A DNA stretch of 64,000 bases from a virus, in UHGV virus genome UHGV-1579991; one strand, given 5' to 3'. The notes below the pieces were generated by a model, which was given only the letters and a program-made list of their open reading frames with translations, ran no database searches and was not told where the DNA came from. Made by a program: the position numbers and the translations under genes. Positions 47,038 through 56,578 of the stretch are shown piece after piece; within the stretch, counting starts at the first letter, position 1; each line of letters starts with the position of its first letter.

Positions 47038-48579
47038 TTATCTACTTGCAGAATCTCGCATTGAAATCATAACTTGCTCTTGAATTGATATAGGTATGAT
47101 GTTGAAGTCTGACACTTCAGCAACGTCATCAACATCAAGAGCTCTCAATGTATCTGTGTCACAGCAAGTCACAATGATTGACTTGCGAACATACTCATCA
47201 GCAACATTCCACAGCAGCTGACAAATTGCCCTATTATCAAGACAAATTTCATTGACTGTGCGAACAAGACTATACCATGCAGTCACATTATTGCGCTTCA
47301 GAGTTTCAAGCATATATCGTGCAAGCCCAAAACCTGCTACATATGACCCAGTCTGCTTATTGAATGACTCAATTGCGTATGCATCAAACAATGCTTCTGT
47401 CATCAAAGGCATTGCTGCAGTCATTCTGTAGTATCGATAGTCAACACATACAATCAACCAGTTAACATATGAATTGACTGCATATGCATGTGCCTTGAAG
47501 CCAAGGTCATTCAAGATTGTGCAGATGGCATTGTAAGTCGATTCATCAGCATTGCCAAAGTTTGCAAGCAGCTTAACTTTAAGAATGTCTTCGCCAATTG
47601 CATTTCTTGTAGCAGTGAATGATGGCATGCATGCAAAGCTTCTTTTGCAGATGTCTGTGATAAGTTGCTGTGCGTCATTTACAAGCTGTCTTGCAGCTTC
47701 AGCACGTTTTTCAGACTGTGCTTGATATTTTGGCCGCAACTGTGATGAGCCAGTTGCAGCGCCATATCGCATAGCAGCTTGCCAGTCCTTGAGATTATTT
47801 TGCAATTCACGAACATAGTCTGCAGCAACAATTGCAGATGGAGTTCTTTGTTGCTCGATTAGTTTGTTGATGTTTGCAAGCACATCTGATGCAAACATAT
47901 CTTTTGGCTTGACTCTTGCAATTTCAGCAAGCACTGCCGGTACACGAGCAATACCGCGAGGTTCATTTGAAACTACTACTGCATAGTCTACAAGCGCCTC
48001 ACATACAAGCTGCTCATCAACAAAGTACTCAGGATTCTGCACAGCATCTTCAACAACTGCAATCAATGTTGCTCTACGATTGCTGTCAGGTTTGTTGCCA
48101 AACAGCTCAATGTACAGCATGTCTGCTTGCTGATCTGTCATTGAACCTGCGATGTCAATTGTCTTTGCAAGTTTGTTAAGCAGTTCAGCTTGCTTACTTG
48201 ACAATCTGACTTTGTATGACGACTCTACGGCTTCTTTGACTGCTTTGAGTTTTCTGTCAATGTCAAGGCTGCTTTCATTGACATTCATGCCGACAATGCC
48301 TGCAGCATCAGTATTAAATTGCTCAACAGTTTCTGCTGCAGTTATTGGCAATGACACAATAGATTGTTTTGCATTTGCTGCAAGCTGATTGAGTCGAGTG
48401 ACTGCTTCAGAATCTTGCGCAACTGCAAGATATCTTACGCACAGCTCATCAATCTGTGAAAGATAACTTTGGGTCATGTTTATTGAAAAATTGTTGTTTC
48501 TTGACGAATAGCTGTTGGATGCAATTTGCGGAAACACTTCGACATTTCTAAGTTCCGATGATGACAACAATGTTTCCAT
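47038..48579 (-). CDS. Hypothetical protein, 513 aa
   Basis: Long ORF. Confidence 0.5.
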   Translation of the reverse strand: METLLSSSELRNVEVFPQIASNSYSSRNNNFSINMTQSYLSQIDELCVRYLAVAQDSEAVTRLNQLAANAKQSIVSLPITAAETVEQFNTDAAGIVGMNVNESSLDIDRKLKAVKEAVESSYKVRLSSKQAELLNKLAKTIDIAGSMTDQQADMLYIELFGNKPDSNRRATLIAVVEDAVQNPEYFVDEQLVCEALVDYAVVVSNEPRGIARVPAVLAEIARVKPKDMFASDVLANINKLIEQQRTPSAIVAADYVRELQNNLKDWQAAMRYGAATGSSQLRPKYQAQSEKRAEAARQLVNDAQQLITDICKRSFACMPSFTATRNAIGEDILKVKLLANFGNADESTYNAICTILNDLGFKAHAYAVNSYVNWLIVCVDYRYYRMTAAMPLMTEALFDAYAIESFNKQTGSYVAGFGLARYMLETLKRNNVTAWYSLVRTVNEICLDNRAICQLLWNVADEYVRKSIIVTCCDTDTLRALDVDDVAEVSDFNIIPISIQEQVMISMRDSASR

Positions 48580-48591
48580 GTGATATGTATT

Positions 48592-49137
48592 TTAGCCTGC
48601 AAACTCATTGATTTTTAGGTCATTTGTCGTAACTGCAAAGCAATCAATGTGCAGCCATGTGACGTCTTTTTCTATACGACAACGATGCGGCAATTCATCT
48701 GCATGTTCTTTAATGAGCTTTCGCATTTCTGCAGCAGTCATATCTGCAGACTGACAATCAATTGCTGCACCATTACAATGAGCACTCAAATAAAGCTTGT
48801 TTGCAAGTGTCTTGTCTTTTGGGATTTGACAGATATTGCATCGTAAGCCCCGTTGACTCATTGTGCCACCTTTAGCCCAATTATTGACACACAACGGAAC
48901 TTTCAGCACAAACTTGCGTAATGCAAGCAGCAAGTCAAGCAGTTCTCTGTCAAGAAACTGCCAAGAATTATCGCCAAACTTGTCATAGCAATGTTTGCAT
49001 ACAAGTTCTTTTATGCTGAAGTACTGCTTAAGCTCTGCAATAACAGAGTCTCTTGAAGCACTTGCAATATCTGCAATGTTAGTTATGCTGTTGTTGCTGT
49101 TCATGTTGTCTGTCAAGTTCTTTGCATTTGCACTCAT
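48592..49137 (-). CDS. Putative endolysin, peptidase M15 / LAS-type zinc peptidase-like
   Basis: Motifs LSAHCNGAAIDC and WLHIDC; ATG at 49137-49135 (ORF-track start at 49197 is TTG). Confidence 0.5.
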   Translation of the reverse strand: MSANAKNLTDNMNSNNSITNIADIASASRDSVIAELKQYFSIKELVCKHCYDKFGDNSWQFLDRELLDLLLALRKFVLKVPLCVNNWAKGGTMSQRGLRCNICQIPKDKTLANKLYLSAHCNGAAIDCQSADMTAAEMRKLIKEHADELPHRCRIEKDVTWLHIDCFAVTTNDLKINEFAG

Positions 49138-49387
49138 TTCGTTCACCCATGACTTTTGTAATGCCTGCAGTTGCAAACATGCCTGCGACTGCACCAATTA
49201 TGCCTGCAACTGCGCCAAGCTGTTCAGTTGTTTTACCAGTTGCTACGACTTCCCATATGATAGCAAAACAAACAACGAGCAATATAAAGATGCCTATAAA
49301 AGTCACAGCTACAACAAAAAATGATTTGACTGACACACCTGTGTCATTCGTCACTAAGTTGCGCATTGTAAATTTGTTGTTATTCAT
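49079..49387 (-). CDS. Holin-like small membrane protein
   Basis: Two hydrophobic helices (FFVVAVTFIGIFILLVVCFAIIW; AVAGIIGAVAGMFATAGI), charged C-terminus, immediately upstream of the peptidase gene. Confidence 0.45.
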   Translation of the reverse strand: MNNNKFTMRNLVTNDTGVSVKSFFVVAVTFIGIFILLVVCFAIIWEVVATGKTTEQLGAVAGIIGAVAGMFATAGITKVMGERNECKCKELDRQHEQQQQHN

Positions 49388-49400
49388 AGGGATGGCGAAC

Positions 49401-49427
49401 TGTACACATTGTACACATTGTACACAC
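49401..49427. repeat. Tandem 9-bp repeat x3
   Basis: tgtacacat tgtacacat tgtacacac directly upstream of holin-like gene start. Confidence 0.85.
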
Positions 49428-49547
49428 TTATATTGTATGTGTTTGTATATGTATTTTAACAGGCATTAGCAAACAATACAAAAATGCAAAATGAAAGTGG
49501 CTCAGATGTATATCTGGGCCACTTTCATTTGTCATATACGTTGTCTA

Positions 49548-51203
49548 TTATGCAAGCAATGTTTGCAGCATGTAGCAGCCTTTTGCATATGCGACAATTG
49601 CTTTTGCAGGGTTGTTCTTGATGTATGCAGGCAACTTGAGCCAAATCAATGCCACAAGCACTTTCTGTCGCAGCGTCAAATCAAGTTCATCAATGTTGTA
49701 GCCAATGACTTTTGCTCTGACGTCGCCATCAACATAATCGAATTGCTGATATGCTGACTGATTGAATACATCATAGCCAGACAAACCATATGCAAACTTT
49801 GCAATGTCATAATCGATGTCACCTGTCATCTTAACGTCACCAAAGTAGCCTCTGGGGTCAATGAACATGCATTTTGATGAATCTGCACTGAACATTGTAT
49901 TTGACGTATTCGGGTCACCATGAATGAATGACCAATTTTCGCATGCATAGTCAATTGAATCTTCTTGTGACAAGAAGAATCTTAACTTGCTCATCAGTTC
50001 ATCGAATGGCATCAATGCAATACCATTGAATGATTCGATGCCTGCTACAAGTGACTTGACTTCAGCATATCTTGCAATAGTAGTCTCAATGTACTCTTTG
50101 CGCATTGCGTCAATCATTTGCTGTCTGCTAACTGGCCAAATCTCGTCATTGTCAAGATTGCTTGCATGCAATTCATTGATTGACTGCTTGAATGTCGTCA
50201 TGCAGCCACGTGCAATTGTAGCATATCTACGCTCAATATCAACTTTGTTGAGGAACTGATGTACAGTCACTCCGTTAATTTTCGACATTTTGATGAAGTC
50301 TTCACCAGTTTCAAATATCGATGGAATGACTGTCGATTCTGCATTCATAGCATGACGATACCATTCTTGTTCTTTCTGAATGAGTGCCAAACCACGAGCA
50401 TTTGTAGCAGATTTCGTAACAATATCGCCATCAATGCTAATGCTATTGAAATACCGTACTTCATTATCACGTGCAGCCTTGACTGCTTCACTGACAAATG
50501 CTCCGCGTTCGCCATATGAATGACAGCCAGCAATTTCATATCTGTCTACAAATGTAACGTTGGTCATTAAATCAGCAAAATCAGCATTGTTATCATTATG
50601 CTGCATATCAATGACATTGTTATGAAACGCTGCAGGTACATAATATGCGCCAACAATGCCACTATGATATGTAGACTCATACAAATGGTCGAGCACATAT
50701 GCTTCTGCATCTGCATAAGACCCTACTTTGTAGAATGCATCAGTAGGAATGAGATGCAGTCTGCAATCAATGTCATTTGACGTGCAGCAAGTTATGCAGC
50801 CAGTTTTGAATTTGTCAAGTGGCAATTTAATGTCACCAAGCCATACGTCAGACCAGTGATAGAATACATTGCAGCCACCAATGTTGTTAGCAACATACAG
50901 TGCTACATCTGCGCATGCTTTTGCTGAGCCATCAGCTTTGTCATGCACAATAGTTGACAATTTGATATCTGGTGCAAATGCTGCAGCATGTTCATGAATC
51001 ATTGCTGCATGAGTGTCATTTGCACATGCAACAATGACTTCATCAAACTGTCGAGCATAGGATGTCAAAATTTTTGCGAGCACGGTTTGTTTGCCCGCAT
51101 TTACAAGAGTTTTAGGGATGTAATTGTTGCCAGTCATTGTTGACATGCGAGTGCCCAAACCACATGCAATGATTGCTAACACATTTGGATATTGATGAGA
51201 CAT
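49548..51203 (-). CDS. Bifunctional sugar-phosphate nucleotidyltransferase (N-terminal) and APH/choline-kinase-family kinase (C-terminal)
   Basis: Start at MSHQYPNV (ATG 51203-51201); NTP-transferase signature LAIIACGLGTRM...IPKTL; kinase motifs FIHGDPNTSNTMF and FIDPRGYFGD. Confidence 0.6.
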   Translation of the reverse strand: MSHQYPNVLAIIACGLGTRMSTMTGNNYIPKTLVNAGKQTVLAKILTSYARQFDEVIVACANDTHAAMIHEHAAAFAPDIKLSTIVHDKADGSAKACADVALYVANNIGGCNVFYHWSDVWLGDIKLPLDKFKTGCITCCTSNDIDCRLHLIPTDAFYKVGSYADAEAYVLDHLYESTYHSGIVGAYYVPAAFHNNVIDMQHNDNNADFADLMTNVTFVDRYEIAGCHSYGERGAFVSEAVKAARDNEVRYFNSISIDGDIVTKSATNARGLALIQKEQEWYRHAMNAESTVIPSIFETGEDFIKMSKINGVTVHQFLNKVDIERRYATIARGCMTTFKQSINELHASNLDNDEIWPVSRQQMIDAMRKEYIETTIARYAEVKSLVAGIESFNGIALMPFDELMSKLRFFLSQEDSIDYACENWSFIHGDPNTSNTMFSADSSKCMFIDPRGYFGDVKMTGDIDYDIAKFAYGLSGYDVFNQSAYQQFDYVDGDVRAKVIGYNIDELDLTLRQKVLVALIWLKLPAYIKNNPAKAIVAYAKGCYMLQTLLA

Positions 51204-51224
51204 TGTGTAGTGTTGTTTATATGA

Positions 51225-51258
51225 GAATATTGTACAATATGCATTGCTATTTTGCAAG
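51225..51258 (-). promoter_or_regulatory. Promoter-like conserved motif containing TTGTACAA
   Basis: Minus-strand CTTGCAAAATAGCAATGCATATTGTACAATATTC. Confidence 0.5.
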
Positions 51259-51504
51259 ATGACAATGCTTACGCCATACTGCAATTTCAACATCTGTAGC
51301 AAAATCAAAGTGCAAGCCATGCAATTGTTTCATGCCATATTGACGTCTTGCAATATACTTATTGCCAACTCGCTCAACAACGGAACCAATTTCTACTACA
51401 TTTTTAGAATGTCGTGGCTCATGTAATGGCACTCTGAATATGTATCTGCCATCTAATGTTGACATTATGTCACCATTATCAATTATGCCTGTTTGCCTGC
51501 TCAT
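51247..51504 (-). CDS. Hypothetical protein, 85 aa
   Basis: ORF. Confidence 0.35.
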   Translation of the reverse strand: MSRQTGIIDNGDIMSTLDGRYIFRVPLHEPRHSKNVVEIGSVVERVGNKYIARRQYGMKQLHGLHFDFATDVEIAVWRKHCHLAK

Positions 51505-51519
51505 TGTTAAAGCATCAAG

Positions 51520-52194
51520 TCATTTTTGAATGCCTACAAGTTCTGCAACAATTCTATTGTATGCTAATAAGTGCTTAGTTGCGTCATCAAGCAGCTTGTT
51601 AAATTCAAGATACTGCTGCAGCACTTTGTCATTATGCAATGACTGCTCAAGCGCAGCATAATCACCTGCAAACGGGCGATTCATTGACAGGCCAAAGTTC
51701 TTCGCACATTTAGCATAAAATGCATTGTACTCTGCAGCATCAATTGGTGTCGCGTCATGCGCATTAAGCGCACTTTTACTGAGCAATGGAATGCTGAGTT
51801 TTCTGCAACGAGTAAACTCATCTTTGTCGACATACAGCACAGAACAACGAACCACATGGTCTTCTGCATTCATGCCACCTGTCAACAAATCCATTTCCCA
51901 ATCGAAGCAAATGTTGTAGATGTACAGCATCACAGTTCGATGCTTGTTATCAACAAACTTCCAATATCGAGACTTTTTGCAGATAGCTTTGATATGCTGC
52001 AAGTCATGCATAAACTTATCATGCGATATCGCATCAAAGCGAGGCAATGATTTGTTGTCAATGAATGCGTTTGCTGCATCTGCACAACGTTTGAATTCTG
52101 CTTGATGCATATTCAGCTCTTCTATGCGCTTTGCTACAAGCGCTTCATATTCTGCTTTTGCAAGAGCAAGTCTTGCTTCATACAAACTTTGCAT
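51520..52194 (-). CDS. Hypothetical protein, 224 aa
   Basis: ORF. Confidence 0.45.
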   Translation of the reverse strand: MQSLYEARLALAKAEYEALVAKRIEELNMHQAEFKRCADAANAFIDNKSLPRFDAISHDKFMHDLQHIKAICKKSRYWKFVDNKHRTVMLYIYNICFDWEMDLLTGGMNAEDHVVRCSVLYVDKDEFTRCRKLSIPLLSKSALNAHDATPIDAAEYNAFYAKCAKNFGLSMNRPFAGDYAALEQSLHNDKVLQQYLEFNKLLDDATKHLLAYNRIVAELVGIQK

Positions 52195-52219
52195 ATTTGT
52201 GTATGTTTATGAGTTTCTG

Positions 52220-52675
52220 TTAAAATTTGCCATCTGCTACTTGAAAGCATCGATAGCCAAGCTCTCGCCATTTAGCGACCATGGAATCGCGGTCTTCAAG
52301 CACAAATGCAATTTGTTGCAGTTCGTCTTCAGACAATGCTTCTACAAGCAATTCAGGTTTGACAAGCGTATCATGACGTTTATCACCATCTTTTCGCATA
52401 AGAATTTGCGGATTAACGATTCTGTAATCTGTATGCTGTGCAAGCCAAACTTCTGTCATTTGTCTGCAGCTTTCACGACGGCCTGTGCAGAATATGATTC
52501 TATAGCCAACTTGCTGCAAATCGCAAAGCAAGTCAAGCACAGTCATAATAGGCTTGTCTTCATAACAGTGTGCATAAAATGCATCCCAATCTTTGTTTTG
52601 CTGTTGAAGATATTTTAGACGGTCGCCAACTTTTGAAATTGTTCCGTCAATGTCGCATATGATGATATTTGCCAT
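52220..52675 (-). CDS. HAD-superfamily phosphatase
   Basis: Motif I IICDIDGT, motif II FCTGRR, acidic motif DGDKRHD / EDRD. Confidence 0.6.
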   Translation of the reverse strand: MANIIICDIDGTISKVGDRLKYLQQQNKDWDAFYAHCYEDKPIMTVLDLLCDLQQVGYRIIFCTGRRESCRQMTEVWLAQHTDYRIVNPQILMRKDGDKRHDTLVKPELLVEALSEDELQQIAFVLEDRDSMVAKWRELGYRCFQVADGKF

Positions 52676-52693
52676 GATGTGTATGCTTATGAA

Positions 52694-52719
52694 AGGAAGA
52701 GCTCAATTGAGCTCTTCCT
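52694..52719 (-). terminator. Perfect hairpin downstream of 52750-53622
   Basis: aggaagagctc-AATT-gagctcttcct; core AGCTCAATTGAGCT shared with hairpin at 57019-57046. Confidence 0.45.
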
Positions 52720-52749
52720 GATAGTCAACTTGATAAACCTCTACGAAAA

Positions 52750-53622
52750 TCAAGCTTGACTACTTTTGTTGATTACGAGATACTTGTATCGTTCTTTGAT
52801 TGTGATGTTCTTTGATTTTGCCGCCTCGATTTCTTTGCGTTCCTTGGAGGAATAGTTGAACTTAATGTAGTCGGAGAACAATTCGGGCTTATCTGCTACT
52901 TCATTGTTCTTGACTTCTTTTACAAGAGTTTGCTGAAACTCATTGATTGTAGTGAAACCAAGGAATGACTGGAACTTGTTAAGCGGAAACAGCTTATCTG
53001 TGTTGTCCTCGAATGTCGGGAATTCGTCGGAATACGTAATTTCGATTTGGTCTACGAAATATCTAAGTTTTTCCCAAGGTTCCTTGCCAATGAGGAGAAT
53101 GTTCTGATGGTCAAGTTTTTCCTCGAACATTTCCAGGAGACATTCGTATGATTTTACGAGACGAACTCCAGGATATGTAATTGATGCAATTGAACGAGGT
53201 TTGTGAGTCGTCTTGACTTCTTTATTGTATGTTTCCTCGTCGATGCAATAGATGTATCGCTTGACCTTGTCGTATTCTTTCGGAAGATAGTTGTTGTCAA
53301 GGAATTGCTTGTCAACTACAATGAAACTGAAAGGATAGAGTTCATTGAATCGTTGACGAAGCTGTTCTGTTGCAAGGAAGAAATGCGAGCCATCTTTTGC
53401 TGCAAATTCCATATTTGAATTGCATCCTGCATATGCAATGTATCTGTTTCGCTTCCATTTGAGGAATCGACTTACCAGGTTCTTTTCGAAGATGTCCTTG
53501 TATTTGAAGTAGGTGTCCCAGTACTCCTTAACAATTCCATCTTGCATTTTTCTTGACAATTTTGAATTGTCTACCGGCCTATCAGTAAAAACTGATGGTT
53601 TGTTTGCGTTGTATAATCCCAT
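52750..53622 (-). CDS. Hypothetical Lys/Glu-rich protein with codon usage unlike neighbouring genes; candidate transferase of the sugar module (function unassigned)
   Basis: 290-aa ORF; visibly different codon choice (frequent GAG, AAG, TTC, AGG-containing context) compared with the GCA/CAA-rich flanking genes. Confidence 0.5.
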   Translation of the reverse strand: MGLYNANKPSVFTDRPVDNSKLSRKMQDGIVKEYWDTYFKYKDIFEKNLVSRFLKWKRNRYIAYAGCNSNMEFAAKDGSHFFLATEQLRQRFNELYPFSFIVVDKQFLDNNYLPKEYDKVKRYIYCIDEETYNKEVKTTHKPRSIASITYPGVRLVKSYECLLEMFEEKLDHQNILLIGKEPWEKLRYFVDQIEITYSDEFPTFEDNTDKLFPLNKFQSFLGFTTINEFQQTLVKEVKNNEVADKPELFSDYIKFNYSSKERKEIEAAKSKNITIKERYKYLVINKSSQA

Positions 53623-53643
53623 TGTAGTAGAGGTTTGTTAATT

Positions 53644-53691
53644 TATTATTTATAGATATATAATACTACGACAATGCAAATTTTGCACTGT
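53644..53691 (-). promoter_or_regulatory. Promoter-like conserved motif
   Basis: Minus-strand CAGTGCAAAATTTGCATTGTCGTAGTATTATATATCTATAAATAAT. Confidence 0.55.
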
Positions 53692-53717
53692 CGTAGCATA
53701 AAAGTTTACACATTTTT

Positions 53718-54056
53718 TTACAAATGCGAGAACAACTTATTCGTAACTCGTTCAATTGCAAATTCAACACCATATTGCAACAACTGTTCAGTGCTAAATG
53801 CTTTTGCTGCATGCGCAGGCGCAATATGCTTTGTCTGTGCATACAAAGTCCAAGTATCAGTTGGCCTGTCATAAGTAACTGTCAGTCTGTATGTTTGCAA
53901 CACAAACTCTTGACTAAAGTATTCTCTTCGCCAAAACTCTGGTTCTGCAATATGCAAATCAAGCCAAGCAAACTCAAACAGAATTTGTTTAAGTTGACGT
54001 TGATGCTTACGTTCAGCACGATATGTGCCACTAAACAGATACTTGATGATGTTCAT
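53718..54056 (-). CDS. Hypothetical protein, 112 aa
   Basis: ORF. Confidence 0.4.
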   Translation of the reverse strand: MNIIKYLFSGTYRAERKHQRQLKQILFEFAWLDLHIAEPEFWRREYFSQEFVLQTYRLTVTYDRPTDTWTLYAQTKHIAPAHAAKAFSTEQLLQYGVEFAIERVTNKLFSHL

Positions 54057-54075
54057 TTATTTAAGTTTTGTGTTA

Positions 54076-55062
54076 TTATACTACAGCAGACAATTGTTGC
54101 AATGTTGACTGCATAACGTCATCAGTTACAAATAATTCGTTTTCAGTGAACACATAAAATTTTAAGCCATGTTGTTTTGCATATTGCACTGCTGCAGTAG
54201 ATTTTTTACGTACTGCATCACAAAATGCATATGCACATGGCTTAATTTCTATTAGCAATCCATATGTAGGCAAATAGAAATCTACAATGTATTTATGATG
54301 CCCATTGTATGGCACTGCAACAGTTTCATATTCATATTGAATGCCAAGACGTTCTAATGTCAATACAAAATGAGTTTCATAACTACTGCGTGTATGCAAT
54401 TGCGTTGGCATTGCAATAGAATGACATTTTACACACTGCTGAACAAGTACTAATGCGCGTTTGCCCTTACCACAGTTTTGCATTTTGCCATTTTGCATTG
54501 CTCGTGCAACACCTGCAGCAACGTGCATAGCAAATGATGGGTCTTCTTTATATTTTCGTCGTAACCCTGCAGATACACGAGACTTAAAGTCTGGGTCTTC
54601 TGCATAGCGTCTGTTCAAACCAGCAGTTACTCGTTGGCTAAATGTCGGGTCATTCACTACAGCAACCATTGCTTTTCGCGTGCCAATTGACACATTTTTA
54701 CATCGAGTTTCATCTCGCCATACTTTAGACATAGATGCTGTCCAGCGTTTAACATATTCAGGGTCATCAAACGCATGTTTTGCGCGACAGCATTTACAAA
54801 CATTATTAAAGTAGCCATATCTAATGCCTATGTATGCTATAGCAGCCCCACAATATTTGCAATGTTTTGCTGCGTCATCATACAATAGATATTTGTCATA
54901 GTAGTCTTGTTCATGCATATTAACAGATTGTAATGCTCTGCGTATTGTGCATGATGTACACCATTTGTTAAGCTCTGGTACATAATACTCATAACGTTGC
55001 TGCCCCTTTGGTGTTATTCGTGCAAGTCTTTTATATTCCGGATGATATGTAGGATTTTTCAT
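54076..55062 (-). CDS. Free-standing homing-endonuclease-like protein (family B): Cys-rich N-terminus, NUMOD3-like repeats, C-terminal PD-(D/E)xK core
   Basis: Repeats PTFSQRVTAGLNRRY / PDFKSRVSAGLRRKY / PSFAMHVAAGVARAM; nuclease core YIVDFYLPTYGLLIEIKP. Confidence 0.5.
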   Translation of the reverse strand: MKNPTYHPEYKRLARITPKGQQRYEYYVPELNKWCTSCTIRRALQSVNMHEQDYYDKYLLYDDAAKHCKYCGAAIAYIGIRYGYFNNVCKCCRAKHAFDDPEYVKRWTASMSKVWRDETRCKNVSIGTRKAMVAVVNDPTFSQRVTAGLNRRYAEDPDFKSRVSAGLRRKYKEDPSFAMHVAAGVARAMQNGKMQNCGKGKRALVLVQQCVKCHSIAMPTQLHTRSSYETHFVLTLERLGIQYEYETVAVPYNGHHKYIVDFYLPTYGLLIEIKPCAYAFCDAVRKKSTAAVQYAKQHGLKFYVFTENELFVTDDVMQSTLQQLSAVV

Positions 55063-55156
55063 AGAATATGTATATGCACGTTATGCACCAGGATGCACAA
55101 ACAAAAACTCACAGTAACTATGTATAGTTACTGTGAGTTATCACAACATGCTTTAA

Positions 55157-55879
55157 TTAGTTATCATGCACAGCAGCTATATAACGGCCTTGCGAATCCA
55201 AATGAATCGCAGTTTGCATTGTAATTTCTGGCTGCGCTTTGTTGTGTTGTTGCTCTGCATCATATTCACGTCGCAACCCACCATTCGGATGACATAGGTA
55301 AAACCTATCAAAATCTGTACCCAACTGTTCAGCGACAGACAGCATAATATTGTCGCCTACAAGCTGAGATGCTAGCAGAGAATTTGTTGGGATTCGTGGA
55401 TTGCGTGAGTCCTCGTCAATTGCTGGCAATGATACAAGCAAGTCTGCCCAAGCATTCATATCAGTGACCTTGCCACCGGCAAAGTTGATGCCAATGATTT
55501 GACAATTCGGTGCAAGCAATTCACGATGTTCACGAAGATATGTCATTGCAGTTGCAAGTTCAGATGTGTTGCCAGTTTTGCTGAATGCTACAATAACATC
55601 GTTGTTTCGAATCATGCCAAAGTCACCATGCATTGCATGCACTGCATCAAAGAATGATGCGTTCAATGACAAGCAATAACATGTTGCAGCAAGTTTTTCA
55701 CAGCAATGCACATTTTTGCCGATGCCAGTGAACAACACTTTGCCATCAGACTTCAATGCATTTGCAATGATATCTGCTGCAATGCCAAGAACATCATATT
55801 GCGCATCTGAAATGTTGTTGTGCCATGCTACAAGCGATTCAACTGATGCAGCAATGCCTTTGTGTACAAGTGTTTTCAT
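55157..55879 (-). CDS. SIS-domain sugar-phosphate isomerase, arabinose-5-phosphate isomerase (KdsD/KpsF)-like
   Basis: VLFTGIGKN, FFDAVHAMHGDFGMIRNNDVIVAFSKTGNTSEL, PTNSLLASQLVGDNI, FYLCHPNGGL follow the KdsD-type SIS pattern. Confidence 0.6.
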   Translation of the reverse strand: MKTLVHKGIAASVESLVAWHNNISDAQYDVLGIAADIIANALKSDGKVLFTGIGKNVHCCEKLAATCYCLSLNASFFDAVHAMHGDFGMIRNNDVIVAFSKTGNTSELATAMTYLREHRELLAPNCQIIGINFAGGKVTDMNAWADLLVSLPAIDEDSRNPRIPTNSLLASQLVGDNIMLSVAEQLGTDFDRFYLCHPNGGLRREYDAEQQHNKAQPEITMQTAIHLDSQGRYIAAVHDN

Positions 55880-55897
55880 TTTGTGATGTTTGAAGGT

Positions 55898-56578
55898 TCA
55901 AAAAAACTTAAGTTTTGATAGCATTTCAGTGTCTTGTTCTGTGTTGATGCCAAGCTCTTGCATGACATCAAGCAATGCAGACCATAATTGCTCATATGAT
56001 TTGCCGCTGTTCATAACAACAGCGTCAACAAACAACTCGTCGATATATTGTTCACTTGAATGATTGATGCTTTGCTTGACATCGTCATTGATAATTTTAA
56101 TGAGTTTGAAGCCTCTTGAACGCAATGCGGTCGCTTCATTTGGATATCGACAATCGCCAACACAAATAAGAGCTTCATTATGACAATTGTCAAGTCGATA
56201 CAGCAAACTGTTTACAAAGAAGTCTTCACCATACAGTTTCTTGAGCGCATCTGAAACATCAAGATGCACATTGCGAATCGATGAACCTGCAAACTCTACA
56301 AAGTGTTTCTGTTTGAATGCATTGTTATGCAAGTCTTGCAAATTGTAGCCCAGTGTACTTGCAATAAATGCTTTCAGTGGCTTTGCAAAGCACTCATATG
56401 CAAGATTGCAGCCACATGACCAGTATGGATTCGCTTCAATTTGCTGTAAAGTTGATGTGTAAATGCCATCAACTACAGTGAACTTGCATTTAGTCATGAC
56501 TCGAATCATCGCCCAAGCCAAATCTTTGCCTACGCCTGCATGACCAACAAGCGCAATTTTTGTTATGTCATCATTCAT
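55898..56578 (-). CDS. P-loop kinase, dNMP kinase-like (T4 gp1-like)
   Basis: Walker A KIALVGHAGVGKD and overall arrangement resembling T4 deoxynucleotide monophosphate kinase. Confidence 0.5.
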   Translation of the reverse strand: MNDDITKIALVGHAGVGKDLAWAMIRVMTKCKFTVVDGIYTSTLQQIEANPYWSCGCNLAYECFAKPLKAFIASTLGYNLQDLHNNAFKQKHFVEFAGSSIRNVHLDVSDALKKLYGEDFFVNSLLYRLDNCHNEALICVGDCRYPNEATALRSRGFKLIKIINDDVKQSINHSSEQYIDELFVDAVVMNSGKSYEQLWSALLDVMQELGINTEQDTEMLSKLKFF

